A DNA stretch of 64,000 nt from Azolla caroliniana (Eukaryota; Plantae; Polypodiophyta): assembly GCA_043228905.1 (NCBI GenBank), contig JBHGNT010000006.1:930001-994000 (forward strand), written 5' to 3'. The notes under the pieces were generated by a model that searched no databases, was not told where the DNA came from, and saw only the letters and a program-made list of their open reading frames with translations. Each line of letters begins with the position of its first letter. Within the stretch, counting starts at the first letter, position 1. Both the position numbers and the translations under genes were made by a program. Shown piece by piece: positions 38,991 through 52,251 of this stretch.

Positions 38991-41900
38991 TCAAGACCTA
39001 ACTCCATATACTGGAATTCGCCGCTGAATGGGTGTTCGGCAAGATGGACAATCTCCGAGACCTGCTTTTGCATGCAATTCATTGCATTTAACACATACAC
39101 TCTGATGCGCACAAGGTAGAAACACAACAGACACCTCCTCACTCATGCACATCACACATTCCCGATCTCGACGAACATCCACCTGAGACTTCTGCAATTC
39201 CGCGATCTCTGATAGCAGCTTTGCATGCATAGTTTTTAGTTTTTGTGTTGAGCAAGTATTTACCTTACCAGAATTAACTCCGATGTTGTTCTCCCAACTT
39301 AATGGTGATGGTTGCAACCCTAATGATAACTTCACCTTGGCAATCTCCTTCTCTAACTTCTTCACTTCATCACGATGACGTTGCGATTCTGCCTCGTATT
39401 TCTTTTGCATTGTCTCTTCTCTCCTCTTGGCCAACTGCTCAGATTGTTCTCTTGCCTTTTTCGCCACTTCAGCTCGCACCAATACTTCTTTCACTGCTAG
39501 CTTCTCTTGTCTCAATCTTGCCTAAAATTTATGCATATGGAAAAAGTAGCATATAAAAAGAGAAACTATTAAGTATCTGTAAGTATTTGGCGATGTTTGA
39601 TAATTATTAATTGCTCAAATAGCACATATAATTTCTATTTTGTGGTTTGACCAAAAGCATTTGGGGAAATAAAAACAGGGGTACTTCATAGTTTTCCCTA
39701 TATGCAAAAACAAACAAACTTTTTCTCCCATATCATTTGCTATAACACCCACTTCTGTCTGTTATATAGCAAACTTATATAATCCTAGAATGCTCACCTC
39801 TGTTTGCTGCAGGCGATCTTTTCCTAGTGAAAGTTGCTCTAAATAGCTAGACAAGGTTCGTTTTCCATCAAGGAGATCTTCTTGAAGCTTTAGTTTCTGC
39901 TTTTCCCAGCCTTGAGCTTTTTTTGTTGATTTCTTCTCTCTTTTGGAAGCCTCTTGACACTCAGAGACTGACACCACAGCAGCATGTTTTGCAGCCTCCA
40001 TCTCACCTCTAACTGCTGCATTCTCAGCTTCCAATCTCCAAGCAGTTGAATTTGCTCGATCTACTTGGCTTACAGCCTTTCGCAGAGCATTCTCCATTTC
40101 AGCCAATTTCTTCATTGTGCTCTCCTCTAGTGTTTGCTTCTCCTTCTTCAAGCGAATGTATTCATCTCTTTCTTGTCTTAGAGCTTTAAGCTCGGCACTA
40201 TCCTTAGTTAACCTCCGTGTAGCTTGCATGACTTTCTGTTGGGCCCAATCAGTCCAATCTTGATGTTGTGATTCAAGATACTTTACACGGTCAACGAGTT
40301 GCCAGAGCATAACAGTCTTTCGCTCTTCTGCATTTGGATCAACACAATCCAACAATTGACTACTGTCAGAAGAACTATGATCTGTCGGAGGAGAAGGGAT
40401 CTCTTTGTTGAAATCATATATGTGGGAATTCCCATTGGATTCTTTTCCTGCATTACCTATGGGCAATGTTGTTAATGAGAGCTCTCCTCTGGTTGAAGCT
40501 AGCGATGCAGCTGGAGTTGTCCAGCTGTCACAAGCAGAACCTTGAAAACTAGTAAGTGTAGCAGTTGACGGACGGCCTATCTGGAGATCTGTTTGTACTG
40601 GATAGTTGGTAACAGGTTGTAATTGCACATTCACGCAAACCTTATCATTCCCCCTGAATATAGCAGAATTTTGCTGAAGTGACGTTGTTTGAAATGATGA
40701 AGGGTTACTTGAATTGGAATCAACCTCAAGAGAATGAGGTACATGGTGTGCATCAGAAATATGAGCCATTCTCACCCTGTGAGATGAAACATCAGATGTG
40801 ATAACACTTGGAACGACATGGTCAGGTTGCCAACTTTGCATTTTATCGACATACTCAAGTTTACTATTACTTTCTGGAGAATACAATCCAGGGTTTATGG
40901 CATGTTCTTCCAAATTTGGAACCTGTGATGAAGAAAACTGATAGGAATTCACAACAGCTGTGTTCTTTGAAATGTTTCCTTGAGATGACTTAACAGAATC
41001 ATTGTTTTTAGAGGTGAAAAGCGGAGCACGTGCGCTCTTAGATAGAGATGGTTTGGAGCTTCCTTTGCGGGATGCTACAGAAACTTTGCCAATAGAAGAA
41101 GATGAAAACCTTGGAGTAGAAAATGCTGAGCAGGTATCGATGTGAGAGCTTTTAAATGGCGTAAATGACTGTGCATTTACCTGAGGAATGCGTTCTGGTA
41201 ATGGGATGGAAGCAACAGTATTGCTAAGAGGTACATTTGACAATGATGAATCGCTACCAGATACTGTGGATGGCACGACATTTGGCACAACCCTATCCTT
41301 GACACTAGAAGCTGGTGCAACATCTTCATCCATTGCACATGCAAGGAATACATTTAGATCACACATTAATAAGCACCACATAGCATCTCCTTTACTCATA
41401 TGAATCCGAACTTTTCTTAACATACATATCATCTCTGCTAATACATAACTCTCCATCTGCTTCAAATTTGTGAAACTTGTATCTCCAGTAGTAGTGGTTC
41501 TGGCTTCTTTATTCTGTAACCATGCCAATGAACTCTCTACTATACTGGAGAGTGCATCCCTCCCATTCCATCTTCCATTTCTAAGCACAGCATTTAAAGC
41601 ATCATCATGACTATAATCACATGAAGTGGTGATCCTTTGGATGGCATCCTTGTAAACATCATCCAACATGCTTATCAAGATCTCCTCCAACTGTGCTTCA
41701 GAGAATTGATCCCAATCTGAAACATCATGTAGCTCAGGATACTCTTTGCCATGTTTAGGGTGAGTGATATGTTGAGGAGATGGGGAGAACACACCAGGTT
41801 GCAATCTACAGTCTACAGTAGGAGCGTTTTCAAGAGGTTTGTGACTGCTTAAGTGATTTGGCAACATCATGTGGTGGCCATAGCTACAGCATCCATTGGT

Positions 41901-42194
41901 ATCAGGTGCAAAAGCAGAAGGATCTGTAGTGTGAGTACTGTTATTGCAAAAATTACCACCAAGAATCACACCATTCTTACTGTTATTGCAGAGGTTACCA
42001 TCAAGAATCACACCATTCTTACTACTTTCACCATTACGGAGGGTTGAAGCAATAGATTGTTGTTGCTGCTGCTGCTGATGATGATGATGATGAGGGTCTG
42101 ATATGTACTTCCTCTTGTTGCGGCTTCCTTTCTCTTTCTCCATACCAGAGGATGGAGAGTCAGAAGTAGAGGAGTTCAGAAAACCACTTCGCAT
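38991..42194 (-). CDS. RF298/RF4 (PIR1/PIR2-like) RING-type E3 ubiquitin ligase, about 975 aa; exons 42194-39798 and 39521-38991
   Basis: EKGSRNKRKY, SKGDAMWCLLMCDLNV, coiled coil WTDWAQQKVMQATRRL and C-terminal C3HC4 RING RDRECVMCMSEEVSVVFLPCAHQSVCVKC...CPSCR. GT-AG intron in phase 0. Confidence 0.92.
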
Positions 42195-43329
42195 GGTCTC
42201 CTAGGGAAACGGATCTAAACAGATTCAACCAATAAAAAAATAGCCATCAATTCAAACTCTTGAAAAGCAAGACCGAAAGAGAAGCTCTTGTCTGAATGAT
42301 GAGACAGCTGTTGCAATGTTGTTAAAAGATCATCTACAGAAGGATGAAATCAAAGAAGAACAAGTGGAAAAAGATGGAGAATGGTTTCCTACTCGAGGGA
42401 TTGAGTCTCCGGGTGATTCACCATAATATGAACAAAAAGCACAATAGTCAAACTCTGGGAAGCAAAACTTTGTGAAAAGATCATTCCTCGTGTACTACTG
42501 TTCATGTAAAAGGTTACATCAAAGGCAAATATACGGAACTCTGAACAGTGACATATCTTTCTATGTGGATAGGTGTATGATGCATCAGACGAATGACAAT
42601 GAAGCAGAAAGGCAAAGAAAACATGGAGGTGGAAAGAGATGAGGCAAGCTTGTGTCTGATCAACAATCAGATGCATGTGACCACCGTGTTTCATGCATCA
42701 AAAGGATGACATCAAAGCAGAGAGAAGAAGAAAAGACATAACTTTGACAGCATCGTTGAGGATAACATACCTTAAGCAAAGGGAAGCAGTGGAGATGGAG
42801 ATGGCCGGAGCGAGTACGTTGTACGATGCAGATATGATCTTCTGTTATCTTTCTTTGTCGATGGAAGAAAAGGTGATTACACAGTTTCATACAGATGATG
42901 TTCTTCTGTTATATCGCTCCCTGTCAGGATATGGCGATAGAGGTGAAGGATGCGAATATACTGTTAGATGATTATATGAAGCCTCTCTCTCATACTCCCT
43001 CTCTCTCTCTCTTTCTTCTCGAAATGGATTGGAAGAGAAGAACCTTACCTATGTCGCCTTCTTCCGTATACAGTGTTTCTGATGGTTTCGTCCTCTTCTG
43101 ATTGGCTATGGCGAAACAAAGCTTTCTTCTTCTCCTCCCAAAAAAAAAAGGAAAAAGGAAAAAAAAAACACAGATTTGTCCGCTCTCCCACTGACACGTG
43201 TCTGTATAAAGGCCGAATTTTTCCTTCCATTTTTCGTGTATTTTCTGCCCTTTTACATACAAATGTATATTTTTGAGAGCCTTATGGGCTTTTTCTCTCA
43301 CATGGGCAATGCTGCACCACACTGACCAC

Positions 43330-43333
<4 letters not shown>

Positions 43334-43369
<36 letters not shown>

Positions 43370-43388
43370 CTCTCTCTCTCTCTCTCTA
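43334..43388. repeat. (CT)n/(GA)n tract, probably in the 5' leader or promoter of the E3 ligase gene
   Basis: Direct reading; location upstream of the minus-strand gene. Confidence 0.7.
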
Positions 43389-44839
43389 GCCTCCATAGAT
43401 CTGGTGCTCCTGACCTCGACCCACCTCCTCTGCTCGATTTGCCTGGATGGAGCTTGGCGCAAGCAATTAGATTGAGATTGGACGCATTTTATTTGAGCAA
43501 GATTGTGCACATATGATTGAACCAAGACACACCCAATGAATGGTATTATCTTTTCAACCATCCACTTAGATGTCCATATTGTATAAAGTGTTGGACATCA
43601 ATTTGAACCATTCCTAAAGTCAATTGACATCGACACGGCTTTGATTTGATGGACATGCATTTTTTCATCATCAAACATGATACCCAACACTCGACAAGTG
43701 GTATGCCATTTCCATAGGAGGTTGATGCATAGCTAAATTGTTGTGCGCAAAAAACGTAAATTTAGAGCATTGAGCATTGTGCAAAAGTGGGTGTTCATTG
43801 ACCATTGTATTTCTAATTTTTTGGTGGATTTCTACCCCTATGAACTACGATTCAAAAGCTACTTTCATAATCCACCATTTGTGCAACCACCTTGATTAAA
43901 CAATGACATACATGTTGTATGTTACTATGGTGATTGGCTACATGTTTATGGTGAATTTTTGAAGGAAGTTCCTTATGTGTGCTATCTAAAATGAGGTCCT
44001 TAGAATATTGAGGTATAATTTTGTTGTGGGTGTAGATAAAAAGAGTTTTCACATATGTAGAAACAATCTCCTCATAAGAGTCGTGATTCATGGATATGCA
44101 CAAACAAGCTTTGTAGAGTGTAGACTTTGACATGCATAGGCTTAATGTATTTTGGTTGAAGTACTCATGTTACTATAACAATAGAGCGCAAAAACATGAT
44201 TATAAAATAGGGTCTCTAAGTTCGTGTGCTCTTAAGTGAGCATCAACATCTAACCCATCTACCATATCAATGCACCGCCCAACTTATTGATCACATGTGA
44301 GATGTATTTGGTGCATTTTCACTCTAATAATCACATCATTCGATAAAATTCAAAATCTACTACATCTTTATATAGCGAACTAATCATGTTGTTTTGTTGT
44401 CTAAACTCTTGCACCATCATCCTACTATTACTTGCTTCGTTGTATTCTCCCATCTAAATGTCCCATAATAACTTAGCTTCTTAATCCTCTTCCAACTTGA
44501 GGCCATGATAAGTATATCTATACAATTGTCCTTTGATGGATGAATTCTAACTTCACCTTCTCATATGAAGTGGTTTTGGATCTTTGTAACGTTGGTCTAG
44601 CCATCGAGACACCTTATTCTTTGCAACCACATTGTAATTTGTAACTCTAGTTGTTGTATGTTATCATCAATATCTCTCTCCCAATCGACATCATGTTATT
44701 CGTTGGGAGCATAATTAGTCACATTGCTTCAAGTTCTCCATTGCATGTCACACATTTAATCACTTCTTGTTGGTCTAAGGAGATAGTTTGAACCCTAGGG
44801 ATAAACAAAATATGCAAGTAGGCCTTTTGTGTTGTAGAT

Positions 44840-44874
44840 TGTAAAGAATCGGGAGTGATTTTGTGCAGCAGAAG

Positions 44875-44942
<68 letters not shown>

Positions 44943-47787
44943 ACACGATGTATACAGAAAACAAGAAAACTGTATTAGCAAGGAGCAAGAATGAACTAGC
45001 AGATACAAAGAGAAGGAGAAGGTGCCTATGTAGTCAGCTTCTCTCTAAGTTCTCTCACTAGAACCGCCTCTTGGGAAAGAGGTGGAGTCTTAACTACTTA
45101 CTGAATGTGTCATAGGACATTAACTTCTATGACACACTAGTTACAATACAAGGAGGTGGGATGTTCACACACTTGGGCATCCTAGAGTGTGTTCCCACAC
45201 AAGGGAAGTTGAGTTTGATTCTCAACACGCACCTGCAAACACAACTTCCAGTCGACGGATAGTTGGTTCAAGTTGGTCTTCAATTGTGGATGACCGGCTC
45301 ACTCTTGTGTCTACTCTGCTACATTTGCCTTCGTGTCAGACGTCTCCTTATCCATACTCCCCCTCAAGCTCGGTTGGTCGGCAATAGAAAGACCTAGGTT
45401 CATTGTGAACTGTCATAGCTTGTCGGCTCCCAAGGCCTTCGTGAAGATGTTGGTCGTTTGCAGGTGCGTGCTGATGTGTTTTAGGTCGACGTTTCTGGAC
45501 AAGACACACTCTCGGATGAAGTGATATTGTACCTCAATGTGCTTGGTTCGAACGTGAAAGACTGGGTTACAGGCCAGGTGGATACTGCTAATATTATCGC
45601 AGTAGAGGAGAATCAGATCCTTGATGTGAACGCCCATATCCTTCAAGATTCATTTCAGCCAAACAACTTCGCATGTTGACACGGTTGCACCCCTGTATTT
45701 TGCTTTTATGCTCAATAGTGCGATTGTCGACTACTTCTTATTGTTCCACGATATGGCTCCGCTACCGAGGGAGACGACGAACCCTGATGTTGATCGTCTA
45801 TTGGCTCTGTTGTCGGCCCTGTTGGCATTGGTGTAGTCTTCTAGTCGAATTGGTGTGACCGACTTGTAGAGGATGCTTAAATTAATCCATGGTTCCACTC
45901 ATATATCGTAGTACTCGCTTAGCACGGTCAAGGTGAATGTCACACGGAGTCTGCATTAACTAGCTAAGGAGGTCGACCAGATAACTGAGGTCGGGTTGGG
46001 TGATGGTTAGATAGATTAGGCTTCCGGCTAGCTGTCGATAGTGAGTCGACTCACACTGTTCTGTGTCAAACTCGACATCTAGCTTTAGGTTTTGATCGAG
46101 AGGGGTAGCAATGGGCTTACATTCTATCATCCCAAACTTGAAGAGTAAACTGAGGATATAGTGTCATTGGGAGATCATGATGTCATCAACAATCTGAATT
46201 ACTTCTATACCTAGAAAGTAATGTAGCTCCTTCATGTCTTTCTGAGATTCCGGCCGGAGAAAGCGGTGTCATGGATTGTAGTCTAAGTTGGTTAAACTTC
46301 TTGCGTGCGTGAGCACTTGGATTTTCAGAGCCTACAGGTCTTGGTAGTGCCATATTGTGTAACCAATGAATCAATGAACGCGTCTAGCTTGTAGAGGTGG
46401 ATGTTACATTTCGAATCGGCCAGAGAGAAGCTTTTTATATGAATGATGTCTACTAATTGGTCTCCTCCAATGATCAAATAATATTAAAATAAATACTTTT
46501 CCTCTTGAGTCTCTTTAGATGAACAGAGAGTTGTTGGACTTAGACGTTTTGAAGCCGATTTGGTGAAGATATTGGGTTATATTAGAATGTCATGCTCTAG
46601 GTGACTGCTTGAGACCGTAGAGAGGCTTTTTGAGTCAGCAGACAACAATCAGATGCATACTTGACTTGAATCCGGGTGGTTGTACCATGTATACCTCCTC
46701 ATCTAATTCGCCTTGGAGGAAGGCGTTCTTGACATCCATCTAGAGGTGCCACCCTTTTGTTGTTACAAGCGCAATCACGGTCCGAATGGTAATCATCTTT
46801 GCCACCGGGGCAAAGGTCTCTTCATAATCGACTCCGTGTGTTTGTGCATATCCTTTTGCCACAAGTCGGGCCTTGTACCGATTGAGGTGTCGTCGACATT
46901 GTGCTTCACCTTGTATATCCACCGGCATCCGATTGCCTTTTGGTGGGGTGAAAGGGGGATGACATCTCATGTCTCGTTCCTAGAGGGTGCTTTCATCTCC
47001 TCATTCATCGCTTCAACCCATCGCGGGTCTTTAGCGGCTTTAGAAAAATTTCCTAGCTCCCAAACGATCGACACCTTCATCATAAAGGCATAGTGATATG
47101 CCATGTAGTCGTTGTAGCTGAATCAGTTAACTACATTCTTTTCTTGGGTGGAGCGACGTAGTTATTCACTAGTCTTTGTGAACACTTTCTTGGCTCATGG
47201 TGTCCTCATGGTAGGAACATCCAATCCATCGTACTTATTGTCTAGTGAGTGAGCCAATTCGTTTCCATCTGAGTCTTCATTTTGGCCTTCCCTTTGTCCA
47301 GTTTTGGACTTGGTCACGACGTGCTTTGGTCATTTGAGGGCTCTTGCAGTCCACTCAACCTAGTTGAGATTGAACTTTCCTTTGTTGTGAGCCTTAGTCA
47401 ATCATCCTCCTCTGAATCTATGTTGAAGTTGGTTTCGATCGGATGGGATGGATCTGAGTCGACCGTGTACCAGGATGTTGATTTGTCGAATACGACATCC
47501 CTACTCACTCGTACCTTCTTGGTGGATGGGTCGAAACACTTATACCCTTTTGTTCAAGTGAGTACCCTACGAAGATACATTTCTCTGACTTGGGATCAAG
47601 GTTTTGCCGTTTTTTGTTGGGAATATGTACGAATGCGATGGAGCCGAATATCCTAACGTGGGATAGGTCTAACTTCTTTCCATAAAACTTCTCGTGGGGT
47701 AAATATCTTGCACTCTGGATGTTGTGCACCGACTCATTAGATAGATGGTCGTGTTCACCGCGTTAGCCCAATACGATTTTGGCACAT
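44840..47787 (-). mobile_element. Degenerate copia (family-A-related): 3' LTR 44840-45227, RNase H, RT and integrase C-terminus
   Basis: YCDNISSIHLACNPVFH, YKARLVAKGY and LDPKSEKCIFVGYS. LTR TGTAAAGAATC...CTCAACA; internal insertions. Confidence 0.85.
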
Positions 47788-49203
47788 AAGCTTACCTCTA
47801 GATTTGGATCTGGCATGGGACTTGTCCCTTCTTTGTGGACTTCTTTGTTTGCTTCTACCTCTGTCGGGGTGTTGAGCCAGGTTTGACTCCGATTGGGACA
47901 GGACACCCTTGTCCTTCCTTCTCATATCCTTGTTCAAGATGTTTGTCTTTACCACTTGTAGAAACAAGTTCTCTTCTTGACACGAGGTGTTGAGAGTCAC
48001 CACCAGGTTCTCCAAACTGTCTGGCAAGGTACACAACAGTAGTAGGGCTTGCATAGCATCATCAAGGGGGAACTTGGCTGCCACAAGTTGATTTACTAGC
48101 CGCATGAATGTATTGATGTGCACCACTATGCTCTCTCCATCTCTATACTTCAGTCGTACAATCGTACGATATTCCTCATCAAAGATGTCTTGTTCAAAGC
48201 ATTTTTCCTCTCGTACAACCCTGCAAGTTTCTTCCACATCTCGTAGGCATTTGTGTCGTTTGCCACATGTGGAAGGACACTAACATCTACATTGTCTAAT
48301 GGTGGCCACTGCCTTCCTGTTGAGGATTTTCCATTCATACTCTAATACCCCGTGGGTATTTGTTCTCTATCGATGGGCTCGTACATATCTTTGACGATGA
48401 GAAGATCCTCCATTTTGATCTCCTAGTCTGCATAATTGTGTGAGTTCGGGACCATCATTCCTAGGAAGCCACTCACACCTCCTTCCTTCTTTACACTTGT
48501 TGCTCTATTGCTAGTTTGTGGAGATGGGATCAAAAGTCTGTGAGAAAGATATGCAGAAAATGCACAGCTCAGAACAAAAAACAACAAAAAGAACAAAATG
48601 TGCACAGTACACAAGTTTTACGTGGAAACCCTAAACGGGGAAAACCATGGGAACAGAGATCCACTATACAATAGAGAATACAAAAAAAAGGTTACAACTC
48701 TCTCTAAAACTCAAAGGTTAACCACTTAGGGTTCTTGGCGAGTTTGTTGAACGCTAGCCGTCGCTCTCTCACACACTCTCTCTATCTACGCAGCACTTCG
48801 TTATGTTTTGCTCTTTTTGTTCTACACCCATAATGTTTACCCTAGGTGTATTTATATTTATACATAGTATGGGCTATTTACAAATATAGTTGTTATTATT
48901 ATTATTATTATATAATAATAGTCGTTAATCAACGGACTTATAGGCTAGTCAATTTGATTAGCCGACTCCTGTGTCGACTGTCTAGTTGGCCTTGTCGTCG
49001 ACCATGCGGTTGGCCCGACTAGTCAGTCTTGTCCTCGACTTGGATCATCTATTGTCGACTCTCTCTTAATTGACTCTTTCATTTCTTCGAGTTATGGCTC
49101 TTACCAACCTGAATTGTCGGCTCCTTATCTTCGACTAACGATCGACCACTTCATGTTTTCGACTGTCGTCTCTTACCAGCCTGAACAATCGTCTCCTCCC
49201 ACA
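47788..49203 (-). mobile_element. Degenerate copia 5' part: gag, decayed PBS and 5' LTR (48517-49203)
   Basis: AYEMWKKLAGLYERKN and LLLCTLPDSLENLVVTL. LTR TGTGGAG...CTCCCACA. PBS-like GCTCTATTGCTA. Confidence 0.75.
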
Positions 49204-49381
49204 GGAGGGACATATTCCGAACATGCCTTACCTTTAATACCAACACTTTTGGATTGGTTGACTGGAGCCAAATACTTTACAAAGATCGATCTTAGGCGTG
49301 CTTATAATCCAGTTCGAATTCGTCCGGGTGATGAATGGAAAACTACATTTTGCGCTCGATATGGCCATTTTGAGTATACAA
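49204..49381 (+). mobile_element. Ty3/gypsy RT fragment
   Basis: [52 protein letters not shown]. Confidence 0.85.
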
Positions 49382-52251
49382 TGTAAAGAATCAAGAGATG
49401 GATTCTTGTGAAGCGGAATAGGTGTGAATTGTGTGTGTATGAGAGAGAGAGACACACACACACAGAGTAAACGCAAGGTTAAGTATATTAGCAAAGGAGA
49501 AAGACTCAACATTATACAAGATGGGAGGAGGGTGCTTTATGTAGTCACCCTCTCTCTTCATTAACTACAAGGCTCATGGAGCATGGGGAATGTGAAAGCT
49601 CATAAGTTATGTGTCATAGAGTATGATTCTATGACTCATACTAAATGCTAGAATACAAAGTGGTGACTCTTGACCGCTGAGGTGTCTCTTCACTCTCAAG
49701 GTGAGTTCACACACTAGACCAAGTTGAGCTTGATTCTCAACACGCCCCCTCAAGCTCAAGTCGGGTCGGTTTCAGACGGTATCCGAAATCCGCTTCAATT
49801 CACATTCGGGAGTCCGCGTTGACTCGCGCTGACTCACTTTATGCGGAGTTGCGGAATCCGTGCTCCAACTTGCGTTGTGCGTAGTTACGAAGTCTGTGCT
49901 TCGGCTTGCGTGCGTAGTTGTGAAGTCTGTGCTTCGGCTTGCGTATTTCTTCGCGGCTTTGTGCGGTAGATCAGCTCTTTGCTGCTACGGTGTGTGGTTG
50001 CGGAATCTACGCGTTATTGCGTAGTGTCTTCAGTACTCCCCCTCAAGCTTGGCAGATTAGGGATCGTCAATCCGAGATCGGTCATGAATTGCCATAGCTT
50101 GTCGGCTCCTAAGGCTTTAGTGAAGATGTCGGCCGTTTAAAGATTGGTGCTTATGTGTTGTAGGTCGACATCACCAGCCAAAACGCGCTCTCGGATGAAG
50201 TGATAGTGCACTTCGATGTGCTTTGTCCGTGCGTGGAACACCGGGTTCCGAGCCAGATAGATACTGCTCATGTTGTCGCAGTAAAGCGAAGTCGGATCCT
50301 TGATGGGTATGCTCAGATCTTTCAAAATCCTCTTGAGCCATACGGCTTCACACGCAGCTACGGTTGCGCCCTTGTATTCCGCCTCCGTACTCGAAAGAGC
50401 GACGGTAGGCTGCTTCTTGCTACTCCAGGATATTACTCTGTTGCCGAGGGAGAAAACAAATCCGGAGTTTGATCTTCTATCAGCTTTGTCGCCGGCCCAA
50501 TCGGCGTCTGTGTACCCCTTGAGTCATATTTGCATCGCGGTCTTGTAGAGGATGTCACAATCCATTGTGCCGCTCACGTATCGTAGAACTCGCTTAGCGC
50601 AATCCAAGTGAGTATCACGCGGTGTTTGCATGAATTGACTAAGGAGACCGACCGAATAACTGAGATCGGGTCGTGTGATCGTGAGGTAGATGAGACTCCC
50701 GATGAGTTGCCGATACTGAGTCGGCTCACACGCTTTTGTGCCGGAGTTCGCATCTAGTTTGAGATTACGATCGAGCGGAGTTGCCACGGAATTGCACTCC
50801 GCCATCCCGAACTTGTATAACAAATTGAGGATGTAGTGCCGTTGAGAGATCATGATTCCGGCCGAAGTCCGAATTACCTCGATGCCGAGGAAGTAGTGGA
50901 GCTCTTTCATGTCCGTCATCTCGAACTTGTCGGAAAGGAGGGATTTGACCTTAATGATTTCGACGAGATGCTCACCTCCAATGACTAGGTCATCCACATA
51001 TAAGATGATGACGATCGGACTTGCGGAATCGCTTCGTATGTAGAGGGAGTTGTTCGATTTTGACATACGGAAGCCGATTTGATGAAGATATTGCGTTATC
51101 TTTGAATGCCAAGCACGCGGTGCTTGCTTGAGGCCGTAGAGTGGCTTCTTGAGTCGGCATACGGCTTTTGGATGTGTGCTCGAGTTAAAGCCGGGTGGTT
51201 GGATCATGTACACCTCCTCTTCTAATTCGCCTTGTAGAAAGGCGTTTTTGACGTCCATTTGATGGAGGTGCCACCCTTTCGCCGCGGCAATCGCAATTAC
51301 GGTCCGTACCGTCGTCATCTTTGCCATCGGGGCAAAGGTCTCTTCGTAGTCGACGCCATGCGTCTGAGCATATCCTTTCGCTACGAGTCGAGCTTTGTAG
51401 CGGTTTATGGAGCCATCGGCGTTATACTTCACCTTGTAGATCCATCTGCATCTGATCGCCTTTTTGCGTGGTGAGGTGGGAACGAGATCCCACGTCTCGT
51501 TCTTCCATAGTGCCTGCATCTCCTCGTTCATTGCTTCGATCCATCGCGGGTCCTTCACGGCTTCTGAAAAGGTTTTCGGCTCTCGTACTGTCGCTACCTT
51601 TATCATAAAGGCGTAATGGAACGCCATATAATTGTTGTAGCCAAATCGGCTTACGGGGTTCTTTTCACGAGTGGATCGGCGGAGCTTTTCATTTGCAGAG
51701 ATGAGGGCTTTCTTGGCTTTGATTGGTACCTCGAAACCGTCGAACTCGTTGTCGAGTGAGTGAGTCGATTTATCGTCGTCGAAGCGATCGTCTTCATATT
51801 CCGCCATTTTCGTCTTGCCTTTGTCCATCTTCGGGCTAGGCCATGATGTGCTTTTATCGCTCAAAGGCTCTTGTGGTCCGCTTAGTCGGGTCATGATCGG
51901 ACTTTCTTCGAAAAATGCGCGTGAGATGATCTTCATCCTCTATCTCTTGTTCGGTGGATTCCGGGTCAAGCGGAGTCGGAGGTGAAGTTGTCTCTGGTGC
52001 GTACCAGGATGCGGACTCGTCTAAGACGACGTCTCGACTTACCTGAGATTTTCGAGTTGAGTGGTTGTAGCACTTGTACCCCTTTTGCTCCAGTGAGTAT
52101 CCTACGAGGATACATTTCTCCGACTTCGGCTCGAGCTTTTGACGCTTCTCTTCGGGGATGTGCACGTACACAATGGAGCTGAATATCCGAACATGTGATA
52201 GGTTCGGCTTCTTTCCGAAGAATCTTTCGTGCATAGTGACCTCGTGCACGT

